Source: Candidatus Heimdallarchaeota archaeon
GTDB taxonomy: Archaea > Asgardarchaeota > Heimdallarchaeia > Heimdallarchaeales > Heimdallarchaeaceae
Assembly (NCBI GenBank): GCA_016840095.1
Contig: JAEOSZ010000055.1
Location: forward strand, 1 to 64,000
Direction: 5' to 3'
Length of the DNA stretch: 64,000 nucleotides
The first letter of the stretch is position 1. Each line of letters starts with the position of its first letter. A program made the translations under genes and the position numbers. A model generated the notes under the pieces. That model was not told the DNA's origin, did not search any database, and saw only the letters and a program-made list of their open reading frames with translations. Shown piece by piece: positions 27,880 to 38,089 of this stretch.

Positions 27880-28834
27880 CTCGCAACTCCTTTCCTGTAA
27901 GACTTATGAAAACAGTCTCCAAAGATTGCTTTGTCAGCTTTACATCAACTGCAGTAAATCCTTCATCTTCAATTGCGTTCAAGATTTCAGGTATTTTTGC
28001 TATTGCATTTAATGTTTTTACAATTATAAATTGCTCATTCTTTTCCACTACTAAATCCTTTGCTGATTTCTCAACCTTTGTAATCAAATTCTTATCATAT
28101 TCCTTATCAACTTCTATTTCAAGAATGTCTCCTTTACCATGAGTATTCTTGAGATTTTCAGGTGTGTCTACAGCAAGCATCTTGCCTAAGTCAAGAATAC
28201 CTACTCTATCAGAAAGTGCATCAACTATCTCCATTAGATGACTAGTTATAATGATAGTTTTATTGTCTTTAGATGCGAAATCTCTCAAGTAATCGTAGAG
28301 ATAATTCCTAGTTTGTGGATCTAGACCAACAAAGACCTCATCAAGCATTAGAATTTGAGGATCATGAACCATCCCCATTGCAAGATTGAGTCTTCTTTGC
28401 ATACCACCAGAGAGCTTAGATGCCAATTTCTTCTTGTGTTCTACAAGATATAAACCTTCTAAAATATGGTTAATTCTCTCTTTTAGCTCCTTATTAGGAA
28501 TATTATATGTGGTTCCAATAACATTGAGATTTTCATATACAGTTAAATTCTTCCAGAAAGCTGCTTCTTGAGGTACGTAACCTATATGATATTTCCATTT
28601 AGTAGAATTGACACTGAGTTCCTCTCCATCAAACAAAATATGACCTGAAGTTGATTTTAATAATCCTACAATCATTCGAATCAGAGTCGTTTTTCCCGCC
28701 CCATTTGGACCAAGTAGTCCAAAAATCTCTCCTTTATAGATTTCTAGATCTAACGAATCTACAGCTCTGACATTGTTTGAGCTATAGATTTTCGTTATAT
28801 CTTGAATCTGTATAGCTAAATCATTCATAAGCAA
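27872..28834 (-). CDS. ABC exporter ATP-binding protein (DrrA-like)
   Basis: GPNGAGKT, LSGGMQRR, LMLDE, TSH. Confidence 0.95.
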   Translation of the reverse strand: MLMNDLAIQIQDITKIYSSNNVRAVDSLDLEIYKGEIFGLLGPNGAGKTTLIRMIVGLLKSTSGHILFDGEELSVNSTKWKYHIGYVPQEAAFWKNLTVYENLNVIGTTYNIPNKELKERINHILEGLYLVEHKKKLASKLSGGMQRRLNLAMGMVHDPQILMLDEVFVGLDPQTRNYLYDYLRDFASKDNKTIIITSHLMEIVDALSDRVGILDLGKMLAVDTPENLKNTHGKGDILEIEVDKEYDKNLITKVEKSAKDLVVEKNEQFIIVKTLNAIAKIPEILNAIEDEGFTAVDVKLTKQSLETVFISLTGKELRGD

Positions 28835-28904
28835 ATGTTTGAATAGTGTTCTTTAATCTTTCTTGAAAAATTTATAAAGGCTTAATTGTTCTCAAACAAC
28901 ATAT

Positions 28905-30113
28905 GTGACATTTATGTCAGAGATGAAAGGAGCCAAAAACCACTTTGAAAGACGTTATGATTTAGATTGGCTGAGAATTTGCTCAATCTTTCTTGTTTTT
29001 ATCTATCACTCTACTCTGTTTTTTAGCAACACATGGTATATGACTAATGCTGAGACAAGTCGTTATTTATCAGGCGTTATGTCATTTGGAACTGCGTTTG
29101 TTTTACCTTTATTTTTTGTAATATCAGGTATGTCGACTTTCTATGCATTGAATTTCGTTTCCCCAGGAAAATTCACAGCTTTGAGAGCAATTAGACTACT
29201 AGTTCCATTTGTTATAGGTATTTTCACCCACATTCCTTTACAAATATATCTTGCCTCTAGTCTTACTGAATCTATTTCTACTAGTTTCTTTCAATTTTAT
29301 AGAGGTCAGTTGTTTGACGGAATATACGAATTTGGAACTGGCTACTTCCCAGTATTTGGTACTCACTTGTGGTTCTTAATCATCCTATTTCTTTGCTCAT
29401 TACTTCTTATCATTCCTTTTGTTCTATTAAGAAAAGAGGAAGCTCAGAAAGGCTTACAAAAAACAACTTCTTTCCTAAGAAAACCAGGAGTGATTTTTAC
29501 TTTAGTTATTCCAGTCATTCTGTTTGAATATCTGAATCTAGCAATCGGAAGTATTATTCCTAGAGTGGGTGGTTATACTATGTATACCTTCATCCTCTTC
29601 TACCTCTTTGGTTACATCATCGCGACTGATAATAAATTCAAGGAATCTATTGAAAAACAGATTATACCTGCTTTAATCTTAGTTATTACTACAGCAGCAG
29701 TCTTAGCTCCAATTCTATTTCTGAATTATGATATCTATGAAATGGCAGGTTATCATCCTTTGAAGAATGTATATTTTATTTTGAACCCTCTTTTTGGTTG
29801 GAGCGTAGTAATTTTACTATTAGGATTAGGTAGCAAGTACTTCAACAAAGACAATAAGGCTAGAAAATTCTTGAACGAACTAGTTTTACCATTTTATATT
29901 TTGCACCAAACTGTTTTACTAATTGTTGGATACTATGTTATTCCTTTATCTTTATCCACAGGTATAAAATATCTCATAATCCTCTCTGGATCCTCTGCTA
30001 TAATTGTTACATTGTTGATGATTATTAAGTACATTAACCTTTTGAGATTCTTGTTTGGAATGCGCTGGAAAAAGGGATTGTGGTCTAGAAATAAGAGCGA
30101 GAAGGTTGCTTAA
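28905..30113 (+). CDS. Acyltransferase family 3 (OpgC/MdoC-like), copy 1
   Basis: RRYDLDWLR, YH, LFFVISG, RLLVP, HLWFL, LPFYILHQ. Confidence 0.9.
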   Translation: MTFMSEMKGAKNHFERRYDLDWLRICSIFLVFIYHSTLFFSNTWYMTNAETSRYLSGVMSFGTAFVLPLFFVISGMSTFYALNFVSPGKFTALRAIRLLVPFVIGIFTHIPLQIYLASSLTESISTSFFQFYRGQLFDGIYEFGTGYFPVFGTHLWFLIILFLCSLLLIIPFVLLRKEEAQKGLQKTTSFLRKPGVIFTLVIPVILFEYLNLAIGSIIPRVGGYTMYTFILFYLFGYIIATDNKFKESIEKQIIPALILVITTAAVLAPILFLNYDIYEMAGYHPLKNVYFILNPLFGWSVVILLLGLGSKYFNKDNKARKFLNELVLPFYILHQTVLLIVGYYVIPLSLSTGIKYLIILSGSSAIIVTLLMIIKYINLLRFLFGMRWKKGLWSRNKSEKVA

Positions 30114-30180
30114 ACATTGGTTTCCTTACTCTATGTTTTGTGCCCAAAATACTTAAATTCATTGAACTCTGCTTACACAA

Positions 30181-31380
30181 ATGGTAGATGTATCTACTTC
30201 ACAAGAAGTAAACCGTTCTTTTGATAGAAGATATGACATTGATTGGTTAAGAATTATTGCAATATTACTCGTATTTCTTTTTCATTGTATAAGACCTTTT
30301 GATCTCATGGATTGGCATATCAATAACTTAGTTCAGAGTGAAGGAATGACAATAATCATGTATTTTCTTGGAGGAGCTGGAATGCCAATATTTTTCATTA
30401 TTGCTGGTATGGCTACTTTCTATGCTTTAAGAAAAGTCAAAGGTGGGCAATTTGCCTTATTTAGAATAATTAGATTACTTGTTCCATTCGCTATTGGTTT
30501 ATTTACACATATACCTCTTCAAGTTTATTTAGAGAGAGTTAATCATGGGGATTTTATTGGTTCTTTCTCCCAATTCTATCCAACTTATTACAATGGAACA
30601 TATGCATACGGTGGGAATTTTGATTTTTTTGGATTACATTTGTGGTTTTTAGCACTACTTCTTGTTCTCTCATTAGTCACCTTACCTTTGGCTGTATATT
30701 ATAGTAAAGATAAAAATCTAGATAAACTCGATAAATTCACAAATTTCTTAACTAAACCAGGAATGCTATTTCTTTTTCCAATACCAATCATCTTAATAGA
30801 AGTAGGAAATTTCTTAACAGGTTCTTATATCTATAATCTAGGCGGTTGGAATATCTTTTCACACCTGTTGTTTTTTGTTTATGGTTATATTTTTGCTTCA
30901 AATATTAAGTTTCGAAAAACCATTCAAAAGCATGCTATTCCAGTTCTTATAGTAGTAGTTGGATGCACAGTCCCTTTGATTTTACAGGATAGCTTCAATC
31001 TTAGTCCAACTATGGCTCAAGTAGTTTTCTGGATACTTGGAACAATTTATAGCTGGTGTATGTTATTACTGCTCTTAGCTTTTGGTAGTAAATTTCTAGA
31101 CCGCAATAATAAAGCTAGAAAGTTCCTAAATGAACTCGTCTTGCCTTTTTATGTTATGCATCAAACTATAATTGTAGTAGCGGCATTCTTCATTGTTCAA
31201 TTAAATATACACTTCCTTGCTAAATTCGTTATTCTTTTATTAACAGCATTTGTAGCATGTGTTGTTCTTTTAATTCCTATCAAATACATCAATCCACTGA
31301 GATTTATCTTTGGGATGAGGTGGAAAAAAGGAATACTGAGGTTTAACAAGAAAGAAAAAGGAAATAATCAAAATGTCTGA
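30181..31380 (+). CDS. Acyltransferase family 3 (OpgC/MdoC-like), copy 2
   Basis: RRYDIDWLR, IFFIIAG, RLLVP, HLWFL, LPFYVMHQ. Confidence 0.9.
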   Translation: MVDVSTSQEVNRSFDRRYDIDWLRIIAILLVFLFHCIRPFDLMDWHINNLVQSEGMTIIMYFLGGAGMPIFFIIAGMATFYALRKVKGGQFALFRIIRLLVPFAIGLFTHIPLQVYLERVNHGDFIGSFSQFYPTYYNGTYAYGGNFDFFGLHLWFLALLLVLSLVTLPLAVYYSKDKNLDKLDKFTNFLTKPGMLFLFPIPIILIEVGNFLTGSYIYNLGGWNIFSHLLFFVYGYIFASNIKFRKTIQKHAIPVLIVVVGCTVPLILQDSFNLSPTMAQVVFWILGTIYSWCMLLLLLAFGSKFLDRNNKARKFLNELVLPFYVMHQTIIVVAAFFIVQLNIHFLAKFVILLLTAFVACVVLLIPIKYINPLRFIFGMRWKKGILRFNKKEKGNNQNV

Positions 31381-32647
31381 TAATCCTACTTCAAAGAGAA
31401 GTTCAACCTTTACTGAGTTAGAAAGACGTTATGATTTAGATTGGTTCAGAGTTATTACAATCTTTCTGGTTTTTATTTATCATTGTACAAAATTCTTTGA
31501 TGCTGATCCAATTAATATTAAGAATGATCCTCTTAACTTTGTAGAACCTTTTTCAATACCAATTGCAAATCATAAATTATCTGCAAATACTTCATTTCTA
31601 ACAGCTATAGGCCTTCCTCTCTTTTTTATCATCGCAGGGATGAGTATGTTTTATGCACTAGGGTATATGGAAAAAAGAGAAATCAAACTGAGAAAATATG
31701 TTCTTTTAAGATTCGTGAGATTAATCATTCCATACTTAATTGGAATGTTTACCTATGTATCAGTTCTTGTGTATTTAGAATGGACTAATAAAGAACTAAT
31801 TTCCTTATCCTTTGCTCAATTCTATCCTCGTTACTTCGATGGAATCTATGGTTTTGATGGAGGAGCTTTCTCAGTTTTTGGACATCACCTTTGGTTCTTA
31901 GTGATTTTATTCATTTTCAGTTTAATAACAGTCAATTTATTTTCACATTTAAGAAAAGATAAATACAGAACAGGATTTGCTAAATTTGCTTCGTTCTTCA
32001 CAAAACCAGGAACAATATACCTATTCATAATACCAGTTTATTTAATGGAAATAGTACATAGTCTTTTTCTTTATGAAATCCCAAGATTTGGAGGTTGGGA
32101 TTTCTTTACATACATTTTCTATTTGTTCTTCGGATATATCCTTGCATATGATCAACAATTTAGAAAAGCAGTAAAAAAGAATCGAATAATTGCTTTATCT
32201 GCGGGAGTACTCTCAACAATAGCTCTTATTCTAATGAACCATTACTATTTTGATGAAATCTGGTTAACTTTAGGACTTACAACTGTTAAGATTCCATTCC
32301 TTTTAGCAAGAGTGATTTTTGCTTGGAGTTGGTTAATAGTTATTCTTTATCTAGGTAATAAATATCTGAACAAGGAGAGTAAAGCTGTGAAAAAACTGAA
32401 CGAACTAGTTTTACCTTTCTACATTATTCACTTTGTTGTTCTAGGAATAGTTGGATTCTATGTTGTTCAATTTGAATTTCTAGTTATCAGTGAGTTACTT
32501 ATTATCTTCATAATTTCTCTTGCTGCAATTGTAATTCTGCTTCTCATAATTAGAGAGTTTAACCTTTTTAGATTCATTTTTGGTATGAGTGTTACGAAGA
32601 AAAAAAGTATTTCAAGATTTTTCAAGAAGAATAAGGGAGAAAATTAA
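31373..32647 (+). CDS. Acyltransferase family 3 (OpgC/MdoC-like), copy 3
   Basis: RRYDLDWFR, LFFIIAG, RLIIP, HLWFL, LPFYIIHF. Confidence 0.9.
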   Translation: MSDNPTSKRSSTFTELERRYDLDWFRVITIFLVFIYHCTKFFDADPINIKNDPLNFVEPFSIPIANHKLSANTSFLTAIGLPLFFIIAGMSMFYALGYMEKREIKLRKYVLLRFVRLIIPYLIGMFTYVSVLVYLEWTNKELISLSFAQFYPRYFDGIYGFDGGAFSVFGHHLWFLVILFIFSLITVNLFSHLRKDKYRTGFAKFASFFTKPGTIYLFIIPVYLMEIVHSLFLYEIPRFGGWDFFTYIFYLFFGYILAYDQQFRKAVKKNRIIALSAGVLSTIALILMNHYYFDEIWLTLGLTTVKIPFLLARVIFAWSWLIVILYLGNKYLNKESKAVKKLNELVLPFYIIHFVVLGIVGFYVVQFEFLVISELLIIFIISLAAIVILLLIIREFNLFRFIFGMSVTKKKSISRFFKKNKGEN

Positions 32648-32703
32648 TAAATTCTGCAAAAATCTACAAGAAAAAGGGTATTATTAGAGTGTTATAATAC
32701 TAA

Positions 32704-33906
32704 TTGACTCCTAAAAACTGGGAAATTCTTTTAAGACAGTTTAAGCAATGTTTTTTGTTGAAACAACGAACTAAGTTAATTAGACTTATATTCTTCACTC
32801 TAATTATCTCATCAATTTGTCTGTGCAATTCTAGTGGAGATTACAGTGTTATTAAATCTAGTAAAAACTTAGTTAATACAGATAGACCATTTCTTTCTCT
32901 TGGTGATTTTACCGTAACTAATCATGAAACACTGATTGATATTGAATCTATTGATAACATAACAATTGATGAAACAATTACCTTGCGTAACAATCAAAAT
33001 GATACTGATTCACTAAATATAACATTTAGTCAACCTAATCCTCAGAACTTAACATATGAAAGTCTTATTATTTCCAATTATGTTGAAGGGTATCAACTTC
33101 CTTTTGTGTTTGTTAATGATACGAATTTGATAAGTATTGATTTATTATCTCAATTGAATACAAGTGAAGAAATTACTATCCTACTGAGTTATAATTTGCC
33201 TATAGAACTTCCTGAAGTTTCTGGAAAACCATCTTATTTTATCTTCCAATTCAAGCAGAATTTCAGCTATTATACTGAGTATCATTCCACTTTCCTAAGA
33301 TTACCAATTGGATGTTTTATACATGAGGACATACTCATTCCTGTAACGCCAGAGGATTATGACCATGAGGTATCTGGGAAGCGTTTGCATCTTTACTGGG
33401 AACGTGAGAATCTACTGGCACAAACTACCTTAGAATTCATCATCTTTTTTGATGAACCTTTTTATCCTTCTAATTACATCTGGGCATATTTTGTTGGACC
33501 AATACTTGGTATGCTTCTAGGTGGATGTATTGTTTATTTCTGGATGAAAAGAGGTACACAGATTCTGGAGGAAGAAATAGAAAAAATATACCTTACAAAG
33601 AATCAAGAATTATTATTAAGATTGATAGATGAAAGCAAAGGTAAAATTACTCAACAACAATTAATTGCCATAACTGATTTTACAAAATCTAAAGTTTCAA
33701 GGAATCTTACACCTTTAGAGGAGAATGGTTTAATCGCAAAAGAGAAATGGGGAAGAGAATTCAAAGTGAGTTTAACCAAAAAAGGTCAGAAAGTAGCAGA
33801 AAAATTAGTTGCTGAAAAGTTGCAATTTTCTGAAAAATTTTCTCAACCCGATTTCTCAAAAGAGTCAAAAAACAATATGGAGATGAAGAAAAGTGAAGAT
33901 AAATAG
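32704..33906 (+). CDS. Membrane-tethered MarR-like wHTH protein with extracellular beta domain (COG2512-like)
   Basis: Signal/TM, beta-rich ectodomain, TM, then LTKNQELLL...GKITQQQL..TDFTKSKVSRNL..LEENGLIAKEKWGR. Start may be TTG near 32758. Confidence 0.8.
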   Translation: MTPKNWEILLRQFKQCFLLKQRTKLIRLIFFTLIISSICLCNSSGDYSVIKSSKNLVNTDRPFLSLGDFTVTNHETLIDIESIDNITIDETITLRNNQNDTDSLNITFSQPNPQNLTYESLIISNYVEGYQLPFVFVNDTNLISIDLLSQLNTSEEITILLSYNLPIELPEVSGKPSYFIFQFKQNFSYYTEYHSTFLRLPIGCFIHEDILIPVTPEDYDHEVSGKRLHLYWERENLLAQTTLEFIIFFDEPFYPSNYIWAYFVGPILGMLLGGCIVYFWMKRGTQILEEEIEKIYLTKNQELLLRLIDESKGKITQQQLIAITDFTKSKVSRNLTPLEENGLIAKEKWGREFKVSLTKKGQKVAEKLVAEKLQFSEKFSQPDFSKESKNNMEMKKSEDK

Positions 33907-35518
33907 GAAAACAGTACTTACTATTAGTGTAGTGATTCTTATATTCCTATCTACATTTATTCCTATTTATATTGTTTTCAAACCCAAAGATCAACGAATC
34001 AAGCATGAGCCAATAATAATTTGGAAAGATGACGATTTCAAGAATTTTGAATTCTCAGGGGATGGAAGCCAAGAGAATCCATATCTTATAGAAAATCTTG
34101 AGATTATTACTGATTTCAAGTATAGTATCTATATCAGAAACACATTCAAACATTTTGTCATTAAGAATTGTTATCTAGCCTCAAATGAATATGGTATCTA
34201 TATAGATAACATAGCTGATGGAACAGCTGTAATTACAGAAAATATCTGTGAAAACAATGAAGTTGGAATATGGATATCAAATTCAGAGAATTTAATTGTT
34301 TTCAATAACAGCTGCTCTAATAATGGTGAAACCTCAGGAGGAGGAATAATTGTAACAGATTCTTCTTTCTGTAACATATCGAATAATTATTGTTATAAAA
34401 ATAATTTCTATGGCATTAAAGTAGAAAACACAGAAGCTTGCAATATAATCAATAATACTTGTATTAAAAACGAAAATCAGATTCAAGGTGCTGGAATTTA
34501 TGTTTTTCAATCTTCCCTAACGCTGATAGAGAATAATAATTGTAGTTCAAACAGAAGAAATGGAATTCAAGTAACTGCATCAAGTTCAACCAATATCTCA
34601 AGCAATCTTTGCGAAGATAATTATCACATTGGAATTTTAGCAACAGGTTGTCCTAATTCAATCATTTCAAATAATTTTTGCTTAAGAAATAGGAATTGGT
34701 ATAAGAGAGAGAGTCATGGGATTGTACTTCAATATTCTTCACACTGTAATATAACGAACAATTTAGTTGACTCCAATATAGGTAATGGAATCTTTCTAGA
34801 AAGTGATTCTAATAGCTTTATCTCAGATAATTTAATCTATAATCACACTGGATATTACGAAGCTCTCTATTCTCCAAATAGTCTTTTCTTTGGTTACTCA
34901 ATATATTGTTACAGCTCGGAAAATATCTCTGTTCTTCGAAATGAAGGTATAAGTAATTATGGAGGGTGTTGGATTGAAAGTTCCCATAATATGAATATTT
35001 CCTCAAACCTGTTTTCATATAGCTCAAGTTATGCAATAGAAATTCATGAAGGTTCAAATTGTACAATCAAGAAGAATGTTTTGAGTGAAAACGATATAGG
35101 TATTGGTTTTAGTAATACTGAGTTGTCTATTTTATCAAATAATTTGGTCCAAAACTCTGATGGATATGGTCTCATATTAAATGGATCATCAATCAATAAT
35201 TCTATTCATCATAATAGCTTCATTGGAAATAATCTTGCAGGAACTAGTCAAGGTTATGACGAAGGAAATGATAATTTATGGTATGACAATGTAACTAAAG
35301 AGGGGAATTTCTGGAGTGATAGAATCAGTGGGAATTATTCTATTGATGGACCTTCCAGTTCTGAGGATTTATACTGTCTAGAAGAAGATCCTTTCAACTA
35401 TTTACTAAATACATCTATTAACAGAAGTATTGCATTTACACAATCTTCAATCTTTAATGATCTTACTAATACAATCAAACTAAAAGCTGTTAGATGGATA
35501 AAAAAAGAAGAATTATAG
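33893..35518 (+). CDS. NosD/CASH beta-helix protein, N-terminally anchored
   Basis: HEPIIIW.DDDF..GDGSQENPYLIENLEI; many 'NISNNYC..N..GI' repeats; EGNFWSD..GNYSIDGPS. Confidence 0.88.
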   Translation: MKINRKTVLTISVVILIFLSTFIPIYIVFKPKDQRIKHEPIIIWKDDDFKNFEFSGDGSQENPYLIENLEIITDFKYSIYIRNTFKHFVIKNCYLASNEYGIYIDNIADGTAVITENICENNEVGIWISNSENLIVFNNSCSNNGETSGGGIIVTDSSFCNISNNYCYKNNFYGIKVENTEACNIINNTCIKNENQIQGAGIYVFQSSLTLIENNNCSSNRRNGIQVTASSSTNISSNLCEDNYHIGILATGCPNSIISNNFCLRNRNWYKRESHGIVLQYSSHCNITNNLVDSNIGNGIFLESDSNSFISDNLIYNHTGYYEALYSPNSLFFGYSIYCYSSENISVLRNEGISNYGGCWIESSHNMNISSNLFSYSSSYAIEIHEGSNCTIKKNVLSENDIGIGFSNTELSILSNNLVQNSDGYGLILNGSSINNSIHHNSFIGNNLAGTSQGYDEGNDNLWYDNVTKEGNFWSDRISGNYSIDGPSSSEDLYCLEEDPFNYLLNTSINRSIAFTQSSIFNDLTNTIKLKAVRWIKKEEL

Positions 35519-37771
35519 ATTTCTGTCTACAATTCTACGTTTTCTAATTCTTCCAAGAACTAAAGCAATTAGTAACAATGAGCTAAAGATAGCTGTTGAC
35601 TTCTGGAATGAAGTCTTCAGGATAGGATTTTCAGTTCCTACAATGAAAGAATAGTTTTGACTGTTGTAAGTTAAACCATTCGAGTTCTGTAATTGCATGA
35701 AAAATTTGACAGAATCTCCTTCATCAAAGTCCTTTCCTATGTTATATTCATACGTATTTTCTGCTTCATTTGTCATTGTTTCATTTGACCACAGAGCATC
35801 ATTAACTTGGTAATTCAACATTGAGGAAACGATATTTTGATTTTTGTATTCAGCTGTTACAATTATATCCTTACCTAGTTTATCATGATTTTTTGCTGTA
35901 ACTGTAATATCTGGAAAATAATCCTTTTTTGGTAACCAATCATTAGCTAGACATAGATCTCTAGGATACTTTACTACATCATCACAGTAATAGTAGGAAG
36001 TGAAAGGATACATCGTACTATTAGCTAAAAGATTTTCTCCGTAATAAAGATCATCATTTATTTCTACACTATCAATGGCATAGCTGATTGCTTTTCTAAG
36101 AGAACAAGCAAGTGTATAATCTTTCTTTCCTTCTTCTTGATTAAAGACATAGTTTGAAGCTCCTCCAATAAATGGTCTTCTAAGATTAAAACCTACAAAA
36201 TGAATATTGTCTCCTAGTACCTTTACAACATTGTATCGCGGATCTTCCTCCATAACTCTTCTATCTTCAGGGAATTTGTTAAGAACAGCGAAATCCAAAC
36301 TACCGTTTTTAAATAATGCAAATTCGATAGATTCATCTGAAATAGCATGGACATTCAAAGTTTGCACAAAAGGTTCGAGATCTGTTGCTCCGTCAATTGC
36401 CCCAACTCCAAACCAGTATGGACTTCTCTGAAAAACTGTAATGTTCCCAGGATCATGATAGTCAAGCATAAACTTGCCACAACTAAATGCAGAAGTTAGA
36501 TAGATTAACCATTGAGGTGTATCTAACATTTCTGGGTATAATCCAACTGTTTGAACTCCTCCTAGTGTTTCTGAAACCATCGGATTTGTAGAATTCAGAA
36601 AGAATTCAGGCATAATTCTTTCAGTAAGTCTTCTCCAAACCTCGGCATTAGTTTCTAATTCTGGGGTTTCAGGATTATTATCTATATGAATGTGAAAAGC
36701 TAATTCATCACTAGGGTCTACATAAATATCAGAGATAAATTGCATAAAACCAGGAATATAACTTATCAGTGGATTCCCTATTGCTAGTAAAGTAAAGACA
36801 GCATCTTTTGCTGTCACTTTCTGATTAGTACCATTACTAAATTCACCATTCTTTAAACCAAGCATCAATTCTCCTTCAGGAATTGATGATAACGGTGGAG
36901 AAAGATAATCTCTACTAGTACAATCATAGCTTGGATTCCAATAAACATTATCTCGAATAAAAAACTTAAAGTGATTATCATCTATCTTTATCCAATCATT
37001 AATCAATCCTGTTTTAACTTGTATTTGATCAGGACTCCACTGAATCATTGATTCATGTAGTAATTCTAGAATGAACTTGTTGTCACCAGAAAGAAGATGA
37101 TAGTATAAAGGATTCAAAAAATCCCAGTAAGCTGCTATATTGAATTCACTTGTTGATGTTTGACCTTCGTGTAACCCATCAAAACTCATGTAAGGTAGGC
37201 TATCTAGAAATCCCCATCTTTCATTGAATCCCTGAGTATTTGACCATGTTGTCAAATAGGAATAGGCGGCAAACAATGGCACAATTGGAATAATCTTGTC
37301 ATTCATTAACTTCTGCCAATCATAGTAAAGCTGCTGTCTTTCTTCTGGATCCATTATCTTTATTCCTTCTAGAAGCATTTCTTCATTTATATCCCCGTAT
37401 GGAATATCGTTTCTTATTCCAAAGTAATTCGCTAAACCATTTCCTGAGAATACATGATAGAAATCAGGAGTTTCCCCCAATCCAGTTATACTAGCTATAG
37501 CTAAATCAAAATCATGTGTATATCTTATAGTATGATCAAAAACTGACCATTCCTCTATAACTATTGTAACATCTATTCCTATGTCTTCAAGATATTCTGA
37601 TACATAGAGAGCTACATCAGGTCTAATACCTCCTCCATTTGTTTTCAAAACTAGATTTAGCCATATTACACTATCTGCTTTCGCAACATCTTGAGCATTA
37701 ACTGTTGATGAAAAAATAACAACTGATAACAGAAATGAAATGATTATTTGTTTTCTCCTATTTGAAGCCAT
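35513..37771 (-). CDS. Circularly permuted family 5 substrate-binding protein with extra beta-rich domain and C-terminal anchor
   Basis: Paralog of 17851..19821 (LVLKTNGGGIRP, ERQQLYYDWQKL, AKDAVF, LRKAISYAID); about 100 aa extra beta-rich domain; TM plus RKRR. Confidence 0.88.
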   Translation of the reverse strand: MASNRRKQIIISFLLSVVIFSSTVNAQDVAKADSVIWLNLVLKTNGGGIRPDVALYVSEYLEDIGIDVTIVIEEWSVFDHTIRYTHDFDLAIASITGLGETPDFYHVFSGNGLANYFGIRNDIPYGDINEEMLLEGIKIMDPEERQQLYYDWQKLMNDKIIPIVPLFAAYSYLTTWSNTQGFNERWGFLDSLPYMSFDGLHEGQTSTSEFNIAAYWDFLNPLYYHLLSGDNKFILELLHESMIQWSPDQIQVKTGLINDWIKIDDNHFKFFIRDNVYWNPSYDCTSRDYLSPPLSSIPEGELMLGLKNGEFSNGTNQKVTAKDAVFTLLAIGNPLISYIPGFMQFISDIYVDPSDELAFHIHIDNNPETPELETNAEVWRRLTERIMPEFFLNSTNPMVSETLGGVQTVGLYPEMLDTPQWLIYLTSAFSCGKFMLDYHDPGNITVFQRSPYWFGVGAIDGATDLEPFVQTLNVHAISDESIEFALFKNGSLDFAVLNKFPEDRRVMEEDPRYNVVKVLGDNIHFVGFNLRRPFIGGASNYVFNQEEGKKDYTLACSLRKAISYAIDSVEINDDLYYGENLLANSTMYPFTSYYYCDDVVKYPRDLCLANDWLPKKDYFPDITVTAKNHDKLGKDIIVTAEYKNQNIVSSMLNYQVNDALWSNETMTNEAENTYEYNIGKDFDEGDSVKFFMQLQNSNGLTYNSQNYSFIVGTENPILKTSFQKSTAIFSSLLLIALVLGRIRKRRIVDRNL

Positions 37772-37830
37772 AATAGTCAACTTAAATCCTACTTGTGTTT
37801 GAAAAATATAAAAATCTTCTGCATACTTAA

Positions 37831-37868
37831 TGAAATTAGATATTTTGGAAAAATATCTTAGAATTTCA
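37831..37868. promoter_or_regulatory. Imperfect inverted repeat in divergent intergenic region
   Basis: tgaaatt-agatatttt-gga-aaaatatct-tag-aatttca. Confidence 0.35.
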
Positions 37869-38089
37869 GAGAGCAGTTAGGAGTTTTTCAAGCAATTATG
37901 TAATGCATTTAATCTGTTTTCCAGATTTACAGAACATGATAAATTCTAGATAAAAGAGTTTGAAGGCTTTTCAAATTTAAGTTTCACATAGTTGCATTTT
38001 GGTTTTACTATTTAATTTCACGTATATGATTTATGCAATGAATTTCTCCTTCATTCAATGGAATCCTTGTGGTTCCAAAGGTGAAAAAA

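Noticed and set aside
37830-37991. ORF punctuated by in-frame TAGs (MKLDILEKYLRISESS*EFF...*...*) as amber readthrough
   Set aside because: No recognisable protein; TAG is a normal stop for many genes here; lies in a divergent promoter region.
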